Below, piece by piece: positions 1 to 8,369 of a stretch of DNA of 29,644 bases. The DNA is taken from NCBI GenBank assembly GCA_046757165.1, contig JBHHXT010000046.1, positions 1 to 29,644 of the forward strand, read 5' to 3'. Within the stretch, counting starts at the first letter, position 1. The number at the start of each line of letters is the position of its first letter. Under the pieces are notes generated by a model, which did not search any database, was not told the DNA's origin, and was given only the letters and a program-made list of their open reading frames with translations. The translations under genes and the position numbers were made by a program. This DNA is from a bacterium (GTDB lineage: Bacteria > Zhuqueibacterota > Zhuqueibacteria > Oceanimicrobiales > Oceanimicrobiaceae).

Positions 1-50
1 GTCATCGAATTGTAACGACTCAGGCCGATAGGCTGTAGCATTGCGCAAAA

Positions 51-97
51 CCTAAGCCGGACAAGCCGGAAATTCGAAATCCAAAACTCTAAAATCG
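51..97 (+). repeat. Short hairpin motif (CCTAAGCCGGACAAGCCGGAA) followed by four degenerate 7-mers
   Basis: Hairpin CCGG-acaag-CCGG at 57-69, then AAATTCG AAATCCA AAACTCT AAAATCG (70-97). A near-identical hairpin motif occurs at 29501-29526. Confidence 0.55.
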
Positions 98-198
98 AAA
101 AAAACTGAACTACAAAAAGTCTTGCCAAAAAATGACACAAATTGACTTGTCAGCGCCTAACAGCCTACAGTCTAAACACCTGAATAAGGAAAAAACTC

Positions 199-843
199 AT
201 GCTAGCTTTTCGAAAATTACTTGCTGTGGCACTCTTGATCCTTCTGACAGCCTCCTGCCAGCAGCAACACTCTGCGCAACAAGAGGCAACACAAGCATTG
301 GAAGAGTTGCGCGCCCTGATTACCGAACAGAACTACAAGGAGCTCGGATTCGAATCTCTTGCAGAACTCTCAGAGATGGTGCTTGACACCCCTCTGCCCG
401 TCTATCAGATTGGCTTGAGCGACCTCAAAGATTTTGAGCGCGGGCAGGACCCGAACACCCTTCTCGGAGAGGCGCACGAAATGCTCTATCCGATCACGGT
501 CCATGGCCAGAGGCGCTCATCCGTTGGCGTGAAGAAAAGCGGCGGCGGCTGGGAAGTGGCAAGTTTTGGCCGGGCGAAATTGGTGCGTAAGCTGGGCCAG
601 GTTCGCGCGCAGCACGCTCGAGCCAACAACCGGGACCCTGCGGACTACTTTGTTGTGCAAATTCCCTCGATCTATCTGATTTTTCTCGGCCATCGTGTAG
701 AAGGGAACCTTATGTTGACACACATCCACGACCAGGATGATTTCGACTTCGAAGCCGGCGTGACAGAAGCAGGCCACGAGCTGATTGCAAGAATACTGCC
801 GGTTGTGAAAGAGCATGAGGGGGCGTTAACTTCAACTCCGTAA
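199..843 (+). CDS. Uncharacterised lipoprotein (214 aa)
   Basis: AAGGA RBS at 187-191; N-terminal signal peptide ending in the lipobox LTASC; globular mature region. Confidence 0.8.
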   Translation: MLAFRKLLAVALLILLTASCQQQHSAQQEATQALEELRALITEQNYKELGFESLAELSEMVLDTPLPVYQIGLSDLKDFERGQDPNTLLGEAHEMLYPITVHGQRRSSVGVKKSGGGWEVASFGRAKLVRKLGQVRAQHARANNRDPADYFVVQIPSIYLIFLGHRVEGNLMLTHIHDQDDFDFEAGVTEAGHELIARILPVVKEHEGALTSTP

Positions 844-853
844 GCAGGAAGAC

Positions 854-1252
854 ATGAACGCATTCACCAAATTCAACAAAGGGCTTCTGAAAATGCCCGT
901 CTATGCACAACTCTGGGTGATGCTCCTGATGGTTGCAAACCTTGTTGTGCCCCTCTTTTTCCTGGGCCGGCCGGAGGCCAAGATTGTCGCGGCGACCTTT
1001 GTGGCGAGCGCCATGCTCATGATGGCCTTGACCGCTTTGCGCGGGTTCACCCGTCTGCTCGGCCTGGGACACGTGCTCTGGTTTCCCCTGCTCGTCTTCC
1101 TGTGGACGCGCCTGGAGGAAATTCCTGCGGATGATTTCTTCGGCATCTGGCTGCGGGTGTTGATGGCGCTCAACGCCGTTTCACTCGTCATCGATGTAGT
1201 GGATGTCATCCGTTATGCGTTGGGAGACAGGGCGGAGATGGTGGACGTGTGA
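854..1252 (+). CDS. Small integral membrane protein (about 4 TM helices), function unknown
   Basis: AGGA RBS, 10 bp after the upstream stop; four hydrophobic segments. Confidence 0.8.
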   Translation: MNAFTKFNKGLLKMPVYAQLWVMLLMVANLVVPLFFLGRPEAKIVAATFVASAMLMMALTALRGFTRLLGLGHVLWFPLLVFLWTRLEEIPADDFFGIWLRVLMALNAVSLVIDVVDVIRYALGDRAEMVDV

Positions 1253-1269
1253 GCGTTGGGTGACGGACG

Positions 1270-1389
1270 TCAGTGACTCTTGTCGGATAATGGTGCCTTG
1301 GGCTTTTTCTGTTTTTTCTGCCTGGTGAGAAAGGCCACTAGACTAAAAGCAATAACCAGCGGGACTCCAAGAAGTAGATTCTGCTCCAC
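1270..1389 (-). CDS. Unannotated 39-aa single-pass membrane microprotein MEQNLLLGVPLVIAFSLVAFLTRQKKQKKPKAPLSDKSH
   Basis: Translated by hand. GTG start at 1389, AAGGAG RBS (1399-1404) 9 nt upstream, 17-residue hydrophobic stretch then a Lys-rich tail, TGA at 1270-1272. Below the ORF-track size cut-off. Confidence 0.6.
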   Translation of the reverse strand: MEQNLLLGVPLVIAFSLVAFLTRQKKQKKPKAPLSDKSH

Positions 1390-1602
1390 GGCATCATTCT
1401 CCTTTTTTCTTGAAATAAACTGCAAAACCTCCAATTGTGAGCCATCCGCCCCGCCCGATTTAACTCGAGCGCATGGTTGCCATCAAGTTCCTGCATTTAC
1501 ACTCAATCGGGCGGGATTTTTCTCAAGCCCTTTTCACATAACAAACGGCTCAAATCAGAAGAGCCTGATAAAATAAGAGATGCATGGCATTACGAATACT
1601 CA

Positions 1603-1755
1603 AAGTCCCGTTAGGGACGACATATTTATGGCCACGGTGCCCCTCCCCACTAACCCAAGCCCCGTCAGGGGCGAAACAGGAAACAGAAGGAACGTATGGG
1701 ATGAACGATATATTTTGAAAGACATCGGAGAATGAATATTTCGTCCCTGCGGGCG
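1603..1755 (+). mobile_element. Internally deleted IS200/IS605-like (Y1 TnpA) element remnant with REP-like hairpins
   Basis: Hairpins GTCCC-gtta-GGGAC (1605-1618) and GCCCC-gtca-GGGGC (1659-1672), with an inverted copy at about 1737-1755. Between them 1691-1735 reads NVWDERYILKDIGE*, resembling the (Y/W)DERY C-terminus of IS200-type TnpA. Confidence 0.5.
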
Positions 1756-2123
1756 CGGCGGCCTTTTGGCACTGAATCTGTGTAGCTGCTGTCACACGTT
1801 TCAAATTATTCTTGATTCTTAATTCGTGTTTGACCGAAAACCATGAAACGTTTCCAAAAGTGGTGCGACAGAAAAACCAACCTAAGCCCCTTTAGGGGCA
1901 AGATGTTAACAACTGTCCCTGTGTCCAGCAATATTTGTGGGACACGATAAGGTGCTACAAGGCGACAACATTGTGTCTTTTTGGCAAAGGTTGGAAATTC
2001 CCAATAAACAAAAACCCAAACCCCAAATGACAAACAAAACAATAAATTTCATAGGGTTGAGTATAACAAACTCGAATCTGCTCACGCCAGGTTCTATGAA
2101 AATTCAAAAAAAATAGCAATAGT

Positions 2124-2149
2124 GATCCTACACAGTTTGCAACTGTGTA
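2124..2149 (+). repeat. REP-like palindrome GATCC-TACACAGTT-tgc-AACTGTGTA
   Basis: Perfect 9-bp stem; same family as the copies at 9986-10011 and 10046-10071. Confidence 0.65.
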
Positions 2150-2369
2150 TACCTCCCTGATTTGTGCGTAAAACACGGTTGTCCCGCAAAGGCGGGATGT
2201 TGGATCGGGCTTGAATGAATTGTCTCCCCCAAAATGGGGGACATTCAAAGGACCGTACCGCGACATTTATGTCGCCGGGCCTGCCATGTCCTCGACATTC
2301 TACTAGATTAGCTCATTGGATGATGGTACATCAACAGACCGGGCGGACAATGGGCTCTGACTTTTTGGC

Positions 2370-2398
2370 TTGCTTTTGTGCCCCTTGAAAGTTATTTT
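2370..2398 (+). promoter_or_regulatory. Possible sigma70 promoter
   Basis: TTGCTT-N17-TATTTT upstream of the SnoaL-like gene. Confidence 0.3.
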
Positions 2399-2475
2399 TA
2401 ATGCGCAGGTTAAGTTCCCCGTCCTTCTTTGCCGCTCAGCAACGTGTCAAGTGCAAAATCGAAGAGAGAAATCGA

Positions 2476-2937
2476 ATGCTTTATTTTAGAATTGTCATCA
2501 TGTTCTTTTTTCTTGGGATATTTAGCTGTCAACAAAATGGCCAACAGGCAAGTCTTCAAGATGAAGAGCAGCAGATTAGAAAGCTAACCCAACAGTGGCT
2601 CAAAGCTGAAAGCAATAAGAATTTAGACTCATCCTTGACATTCATTGCCGAGGATGGCGTTTATCTTCCCAATGATTGGCCAACCCTGCATGGACATGAA
2701 GAAATCAGCAAGTTTTTGAACGCGGCGTTCGCGATGCCATTGGATACAATCGTTGGCGGGACCGAAAAAATTGAGGTCTCAGCCTCGGGTGATATGGCTT
2801 ATGAATTTGGTCGTACCGAGATCCCGTTTCACTTTGCAGACCGTGACACCGTTTTCAAGACTCACTATATTGTCGTCTGGAAGAAAATAAATGGCCAATG
2901 GAAGGCCGTGGCCACGAGTGTGGGGAGTACGAGGTAA
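2476..2937 (+). CDS. SnoaL-like / DUF4440 (NTF2-fold, YybH-like) lipoprotein
   Basis: Start moved to the ATG at 2476 (signal peptide with IFSC lipobox). Motifs SASGDMAYEFG and YIVVWKKINGQWK are typical of DUF4440 proteins. Confidence 0.8.
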   Translation: MLYFRIVIMFFFLGIFSCQQNGQQASLQDEEQQIRKLTQQWLKAESNKNLDSSLTFIAEDGVYLPNDWPTLHGHEEISKFLNAAFAMPLDTIVGGTEKIEVSASGDMAYEFGRTEIPFHFADRDTVFKTHYIVVWKKINGQWKAVATSVGSTR

Positions 2938-3021
2938 TTGCGACAGGTATCCAACAAGTCGAGAAGCTGATAAGCGCATTCTGAGTGCCTAGATTTCGTG
3001 CAAGACTGCGCTTGCAAGAAA

Positions 3022-3087
3022 TGGAGTCGTGGAGTTATGGAGTAGTGGAGTGTTGGGTTTTCGGCCAGCCATCACTCCATTACTCCA
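3022..3087. repeat. 8-bp periodic inverted repeat (TGGAGTNN x4 ... NNACTCCA x2)
   Basis: TGGAGTCG TGGAGTTA TGGAGTAG TGGAGTGT TGG (3022-3056) faces CCA TCACTCCA TTACTCCA (3069-3087). Confidence 0.7.
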
Positions 3088-3222
3088 AATTATCGACAAC
3101 ACTTTGGTAGATGATTTTTTGTAAGCGCCTATGTCTCGACTGGGGATTTCGCCCCGTAGAGAAGCCCCTTGGGGCAGGCCAAGTTAGAATATTCCACACG
3201 GATAAAAAAACCATAGGGATTG

Positions 3223-3252
3223 TATTCGTGTCAATTCGTGTGGTTTCGTGGC
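3223..3252. repeat. 10-bp periodic TTCGTG repeat (3 units)
   Basis: TATTCGTGTCAATTCGTG is identical to 28299-28316 and to the reverse complement of 8326-8343. Confidence 0.7.
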
Positions 3253-3307
3253 GAAATCAACTATTCTGTTACGACGTTCCCGATCTTCTAAAGCCGGGAG
3301 AATGGTG

Positions 3308-4228
3308 ATGAACATTCTGCGCACGCCAGATGAAAGATTCGAGAATCTGCCGGGCTACCCGTTCGAACCCAACTATATCGAGGTCAATGGCCTCAGAATG
3401 CACTACCTCGATGAAGGGGAGAACGACAATGAGCTCGTTTTCATGTTGCACGGCGAACCTTCCTGGTCTTTTCTGTACCGAAAAATGATTCCAATCCTAG
3501 TAGGCGCCGGGTTCCGGGTCATTGTCCCCGATCTGGTCGGGTTCGGCAAATCGGACAAGCCGGCAGATCGCGAGGCGTACACTTACCAGAGCCACATGGA
3601 ATGGATGACCGCTTTTGTCAAGCAACTCGACCTGCAGAATATCACGCTGGTGGCACAGGATTGGGGTGGCTTGATCGGACTGCGATTAGCGGCGGAAAAC
3701 GAAGTCCGATTCAAGAGAATCGTTGCCTCAAACACATTCCTGCCGACCGGGGAGAGGCTTTCGGATGCGTTTTTTCGCTGGTGCGAGTTTTCGCAGAAGA
3801 CTGAAATCTTCAACGTCGGCAGGATTGTCAACAGCGGCTGTGTCTCCGACCTGAGCGCTGAAGTCGTGGCTGCCTATGATGCTCCCTTTCCGGATGAGCG
3901 TTACAAGGCAGGCGCGCGACAATTTCCCGCCATCGTACCGGTCAGTCAGGAGGAGCCCGCAGCACAGGCGAACCAAAAAGCATGGCAGGTGTTGCAGAGC
4001 TGGCACAAGCCCTTCCTGACGGCGTTCAGCGATTCCGACCCGGTTACACGCCACGGCGATGCGGTTTTCCATAAGCGGGTTCCCGGCACGAAAGGTCAAA
4101 GGCATACGACCGTCAAGGGTGCGGGACATTTCTTGCAAGAGGACAAAGGAGAAGAATTTGCCAGCATCATCGTCGATTTTATGACCGGAAGCCAAAGCCG
4201 GCGGACAACACGCGAAGAGCCTGTGTGA
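3308..4228 (+). CDS. dhmA: Haloalkane dehalogenase (alpha/beta hydrolase, HLD-I / DhmA-DppA type)
   Basis: N-terminal LRTPDERF, HGEPSW oxyanion motif, QDWGG nucleophile Asp plus halide-binding Trp, FSDSDP acid, GHFLQED catalytic His. GGGAG RBS 7 nt before the ATG at 3308. Confidence 0.9.
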   Translation: MNILRTPDERFENLPGYPFEPNYIEVNGLRMHYLDEGENDNELVFMLHGEPSWSFLYRKMIPILVGAGFRVIVPDLVGFGKSDKPADREAYTYQSHMEWMTAFVKQLDLQNITLVAQDWGGLIGLRLAAENEVRFKRIVASNTFLPTGERLSDAFFRWCEFSQKTEIFNVGRIVNSGCVSDLSAEVVAAYDAPFPDERYKAGARQFPAIVPVSQEEPAAQANQKAWQVLQSWHKPFLTAFSDSDPVTRHGDAVFHKRVPGTKGQRHTTVKGAGHFLQEDKGEEFASIIVDFMTGSQSRRTTREEPV

Positions 4229-4232
4229 AAAT

Positions 4233-4255
4233 GTAACGCAAGCATCTTGCTTGCG
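4233..4255. repeat. REP-like palindrome GTAA-CGCAAGCA-tct-TGCTTGCG
   Basis: Perfect 8-bp stem just after the dehalogenase stop codon. Confidence 0.5.
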
Positions 4256-4305
4256 AGAATGGATTGCAAAGAAAACAAGAACTTAGATCAAATCATAGAC
4301 CTTTT

Positions 4306-4333
4306 TTGACAAGCCAGAGGCTTGTTTTACCAT
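4306..4333 (+). promoter_or_regulatory. Sigma70 promoter with an overlapping palindromic operator candidate
   Basis: TTGACA (4306-4311)-N16-TACCAT (4328-4333); ACAAGCC-aga-GGCTTGT (4309-4325) is a perfect inverted repeat over the -35 and spacer. Confidence 0.55.
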
Positions 4334-4479
4334 GTTTTCACACAAGCTCCAAAACGTGAACACCCTGACACCTGAACCCGTTGAAAAGTTTAGAAATAAA
4401 CTGTCGCTGTAACCTACAGTATGTCGTCATCAATAGCCCTGAGAGAATCATCTTGTCAAAATGAAGGAGGGACAGAACA

Positions 4480-6096
4480 ATGGAAGGCTTAATGATGGAC
4501 TTCCCGCTCACGCTGAACATGATCATGCGTCGCGCGGAATCTTTGTTTAGAGATAAGGAAATTATTACCCGGCAGCCGGATAAGTCGTTCCACCGCTACA
4601 CATACGGCGACTGCCTCAAACGAACCAAGAAATTGGCGCTTGCTTTGAAACGGTTAGGGGTGAAGGAAGATGACCGCGTTGCCACGTTTTGCTGGAATCA
4701 CTATCAGCACCACGAGCTGTACTTCGGGGTTCCGGCGATGGGGGCGATCACCCATACCCTCAACCTTCGGCTTGGCCCGGATGATCTCGCCTACATTATC
4801 CAGCATGCTGGCGACAAAGTGCTGTTTATCGATGACAACCTGTTACCGCTGTTGGAGAGATTTCAGGACAAAGTGAATCTCGAGCATATCGTCGTGCTTT
4901 CCCGCGGCTCCACCGTTCCGGACGGCATGGTGGATTATGAAGCGCTCATCGCCGGCGAAGACGATAGCGAGTTCGAATACACCGAGTGGCAAGAGAACAA
5001 GCCAACCGCCATGTGCTATACTTCCGGCACCACCGGAAAGCCAAAAGGCGTGGTGTACACACACCGGTCCACGGTCCTGCATTCTATGGTTGCTGCGATG
5101 TCTTCCACCATCAACATTGGCGAGACAGATGTGGTTCTGCCGGTCGTGCCGATGTTTCATGTCAATGCCTGGGGCATTCCGTATACGACGCAGATGGCCG
5201 GGGGCACACTGGTTTATCCCGGACCGTATCTCGACGCACAGAGTCTATTACAAGCTTATGACCAGCAAAAGGTCACCATCACGGCCGGGGTGCCAACGAT
5301 CTGGATGGGGCTGCTCAAACACCTGGATGAAAACCCGAAAGCCTACGATCTCTCCAGCTTGCGCCTGCTGATTGTGGGAGGCTCTGCGGCACCAAAGAGC
5401 ATGATCGATGCGTTTGAAAAACGTCACCAGCTCCACGTTCTTCACGCCTGGGGGATGACCGAAACCTCGCCTTTGGGGACGGTTTCCCGGCTCAGGTCGA
5501 CCCTGAAAGGGTCAGACCGGGAAACGCAGCTCGCCTATCGTGCAAAACAGGGCGTGCCCACGCCGCTGGTGGAGCTGCGTGTTCGCTCGGAGGACGGACT
5601 GGCGCCATTTGACGGCAAAACCATGGGCGAGCTGGAAGTCCGCGGACCCTGGATCGCCTCGTCTTACTACAATGCTCCCGGGAGCGAGGACCGGTTTACC
5701 GACGATGGCTGGTTCAAAACCGGCGACATTGCGACCATCGATGAAAACGGCTATATGGAAATCAAGGATAGAACCAAAGACCTGGTAAAATCCGGTGGCG
5801 AGTGGATCAGCTCGGTCGACCTGGAAAATGCCCTGATGGGACACGAGGCCGTGGCGGAGGCAGCCGTCATCGCGGTCGCTCATGAAAAGTGGCAGGAACG
5901 GCCGCTGGCGATCGTGGTGCTGGCGGGCGGCAAGACCGCCACAAAGGAGCAATTGACCGCTCACCTGGCTGCATCCTTTCCCAAATGGTGGCTGCCGGAT
6001 GATTTCATCTTTGTGGAGGAGATTCCAAAGACGAGCGTCGGCAAATTCGCCAAGATGGAGCTGCGACAGGAATACCAGGATCACTTCAAGTCTTAG
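4480..6096 (+). CDS. Medium/long-chain fatty acid-CoA ligase (AlkK / ttLC-FACS-like)
   Basis: YTSGTTGKPKG P-loop, WGMTET, TGD, KSGGEWISS, PKTSVGK; AAGGAGG RBS. Confidence 0.92.
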   Translation: MEGLMMDFPLTLNMIMRRAESLFRDKEIITRQPDKSFHRYTYGDCLKRTKKLALALKRLGVKEDDRVATFCWNHYQHHELYFGVPAMGAITHTLNLRLGPDDLAYIIQHAGDKVLFIDDNLLPLLERFQDKVNLEHIVVLSRGSTVPDGMVDYEALIAGEDDSEFEYTEWQENKPTAMCYTSGTTGKPKGVVYTHRSTVLHSMVAAMSSTINIGETDVVLPVVPMFHVNAWGIPYTTQMAGGTLVYPGPYLDAQSLLQAYDQQKVTITAGVPTIWMGLLKHLDENPKAYDLSSLRLLIVGGSAAPKSMIDAFEKRHQLHVLHAWGMTETSPLGTVSRLRSTLKGSDRETQLAYRAKQGVPTPLVELRVRSEDGLAPFDGKTMGELEVRGPWIASSYYNAPGSEDRFTDDGWFKTGDIATIDENGYMEIKDRTKDLVKSGGEWISSVDLENALMGHEAVAEAAVIAVAHEKWQERPLAIVVLAGGKTATKEQLTAHLAASFPKWWLPDDFIFVEEIPKTSVGKFAKMELRQEYQDHFKS

Positions 6097-6149
6097 CTTG
6101 TGATTGAACGAAAACTCGATCTTGATGTCCCATTCGTTTGGGGCCCGCT

Positions 6150-7199
6150 ATGGATATGAAGCGCGACTATTACGAGGACGTTCAGTTTCTGAATAGCACA
6201 GCGAAGACCGTCTGGTTTGGCCTGCTCATGATCGCCCTGTGTGGCTTCCCGTTTATTGCCAGCGACTACGCCATCTATATCGTCAACTACATCGCCATCA
6301 ATGTGATTGTGGTTCTGGGCTTGAATCTTCTGGTTGGCTATACGGGACAGGTTTCTTTGGGGCATGCCGGGTTCATGGCCATCGGCGCCTACGCCACTGT
6401 CTTGTTGATGATAAGACTGCATGTGCCGTTTTTGCTCGCCTTACCTGCCGCGGGCTTGCTCAGTGCCGCCTTCGGATTTCTACTGGCCCTGCCCGCTCTT
6501 CGCCTCGAAGGGCCTTACCTGGCGATTGCCACCCTGGGATTCGGTCTGGCCCTGACCCAGATCATCGGCCGGGTGCAGTTGTTCGGGGGTCATATGGGGG
6601 TGCAGGCTCCGGAATGGGCCCTCGGGTCGTGGACGATCAATACCAGTCTGGAAAGATATTTCGTCATCATCTTCTTCGCAGTTGTTTTAGCGCTCGTGAT
6701 GCGAAATATGGTGCATTTGCGCCTCGGGCGCGCCTTTGTTGCCATCCGCGACAACGATATCGCTGCCGCGGTAATGGGCGTAAACGTTTCTTACTACAAA
6801 ACATTGGCGTTTGCGACCAGCGCGTTTTACGCCGGTGTTGCCGGCGGGCTCTGGGCGTTCGTGTTGGGCTACATCAATCCGGGCATGTTCAATCTGGTGT
6901 TGTCCGTGTTGTTCCTGGCGATGGTCGTCGTTGGTGGCGCAGGCTCTGTGCTCGGTTCCATTCTCGGCGCCGCCGTGGTCAGTTTCTTGAGCCTGAAACT
7001 GGAGGCGGTCCAAACCATCCCGTGGCTGGGGGACAGCCTCCGTTTTCTGTCCAGAAAGTGGATGAGCGAGAGTGGCCTGCCCAACGTCAGTTTTGTTTTC
7101 CTGGGACTGATCCTGATGGCGATTGTCATTTTTGAACCGCTCGGACTTTACGGCATCTGGATGAGAATCAAGAGATATTGGAGGACGTGGCCATTTTAG
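6150..7199 (+). CDS. livM: LIV-family ABC transporter permease (LivM-like)
   Basis: GLNLLVGYTGQVSLGHAGF, YLAIATLGF, GRAFVAIRDN; C-terminal WPF. Start at ATG 6150 or 6156. Confidence 0.9.
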   Translation: MDMKRDYYEDVQFLNSTAKTVWFGLLMIALCGFPFIASDYAIYIVNYIAINVIVVLGLNLLVGYTGQVSLGHAGFMAIGAYATVLLMIRLHVPFLLALPAAGLLSAAFGFLLALPALRLEGPYLAIATLGFGLALTQIIGRVQLFGGHMGVQAPEWALGSWTINTSLERYFVIIFFAVVLALVMRNMVHLRLGRAFVAIRDNDIAAAVMGVNVSYYKTLAFATSAFYAGVAGGLWAFVLGYINPGMFNLVLSVLFLAMVVVGGAGSVLGSILGAAVVSFLSLKLEAVQTIPWLGDSLRFLSRKWMSESGLPNVSFVFLGLILMAIVIFEPLGLYGIWMRIKRYWRTWPF

Positions 7200-7202
7200 T
7201 TG

Positions 7203-7278
7203 CGTGGTTCCCGACCGGGGGTCGGTGTACAAGCTTCAGCTTGCGGGGTGAGGGGAAAACACGCTAAAGCGTGAACAC
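7203..7278 (+). repeat. REPIN-like element of about 75 bp (copy 1)
   Basis: Two inverted hairpin units, CAAGCT-tc-AGCTTG (7230-7243) and CACGCT-aa-AGCGTG (7260-7273). The whole element recurs inverted at 13605-13680. Confidence 0.8.
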
Positions 7279-7323
7279 CCTGATTTGATGAGAAAATCCG
7301 CGTGCGTTTCTTATCCGTGAAAA

Positions 7324-8205
7324 TTGAAAGAAATGATTAGCCAGCTTATTGTCAACGGCCTCTCGGTCGGCAGTCTGTACGCGCTCATCGCCCTGGCGAT
7401 GGTGATCATCTACAAGGCCTCTGAAGTGCCGAACTTCGCCCAGGGGGAAATGGCGATGATTTCAACCTATGTTGCCTACACTTACCTGACCATTTATCAA
7501 TGGCCGACCTATATCGCCTTGCCCGGGGCGCTCCTGGTCGCGGCCCTGCTCGGTGTGGGTCTGGAATTTGCGTTTGTGCGCCGGGCGAAGGAGCCACACA
7601 TTCTGGACTTCATTCTGATCACCATCGGGATGCAGTTGTTCTTGCACGGATTGGCTGGCTGGAAATGGGGCGCGGACCAGAAGAGCTTTTCGCTTCCGAT
7701 CGTCGAGACCGATGTCCTGAATCTGGGTGCGTTTGTGGTCAGCACCCTCGACCTGGTGACGATGATTGTCGCCGGCGGGCTGATGTTTCTTCTGTTCCTG
7801 TTTTTCAAGCACACCAAACTCGGTGTTGCAATGCAAGCGACGCAGCAAAACCGCATGGCGGCGCGAACCAACGGCATTCGTACCAACCGGATTATGGCGG
7901 TGACGTGGGGAATCAGCTCCTTTGTGGGCGCCGTCGCCGGGATTCTTTTTGCCCCGACCGCGACGCTGGATCCGAATTTGATGTGGGATCCTCTGCTGAA
8001 GGGATTCGCCGCCGCTGTCCTTGGCGGGATGACCACCCTGGTTGGGGCCGTGCTCGGCGGGCTGCTGCTTGGGTTGATCGAAAATCTCTTTGGCGCCTAT
8101 GTTTCACTGGAATTCAAATCTGTGGTAGCTTTTCTGATGATCGTGGCGGTGCTGTGGTTCAGGCCGAGCGGATTGTTCGGCCGCCACTACGTGCGGAAAG
8201 TTTAG
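7324..8205 (+). CDS. livH: LIV-family ABC transporter permease (LivH-like)
   Basis: GSLYALIALAMVIIYKAS..NFAQGE, KGFAAAVLGG, RPSGLFG. Start at TTG 7324 or ATG 7333. Confidence 0.9.
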   Translation: MKEMISQLIVNGLSVGSLYALIALAMVIIYKASEVPNFAQGEMAMISTYVAYTYLTIYQWPTYIALPGALLVAALLGVGLEFAFVRRAKEPHILDFILITIGMQLFLHGLAGWKWGADQKSFSLPIVETDVLNLGAFVVSTLDLVTMIVAGGLMFLLFLFFKHTKLGVAMQATQQNRMAARTNGIRTNRIMAVTWGISSFVGAVAGILFAPTATLDPNLMWDPLLKGFAAAVLGGMTTLVGAVLGGLLLGLIENLFGAYVSLEFKSVVAFLMIVAVLWFRPSGLFGRHYVRKV

Positions 8206-8276
8206 CCTGGACTCTTCCTGATGCAGCAAAGCTGCCAATGAATGGAACGCGGATTTAATGGATAGAACGGATGTAT

Positions 8277-8369
8277 CTGGCGCGGCCTTTGGCGCAACCA
8301 AATAATTGATGCAGCCACGAATTTGCACGAATTGACACGAATAAAATGAGTTTTGAATTTGAATATGAA
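8277..8369 (+). repeat. Dispersed element of about 90 bp (hairpin end + CACGAAT 10-mers + AT-rich tail), copy 1
   Basis: Its reverse complement aligns with 28279-28356; it overlaps the predicted livG start. Confidence 0.8.

Noticed and set aside
51..71. Integron attC site (reverse strand ends ..TTAGG)
   Set aside because: No paired R''/L boxes, cassette array or integrase were found.
1280..2266. ORF-track ORFs of 78-103 aa in the first long spacer
   Set aside because: No RBS or family motifs; they translate repeat sequence.
2180..2350. Riboswitch (e.g. c-di-GMP) upstream of the SnoaL-like gene
   Set aside because: Hairpins are present, but I could not match conserved aptamer motifs, and they lie upstream of the putative promoter.
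4355..4368. 14-bp match (CGTGAACACCCTGA) to the end of the 7203-7283 element
   Set aside because: The hairpin is absent; it may be a decayed relic or chance and cannot be decided here.
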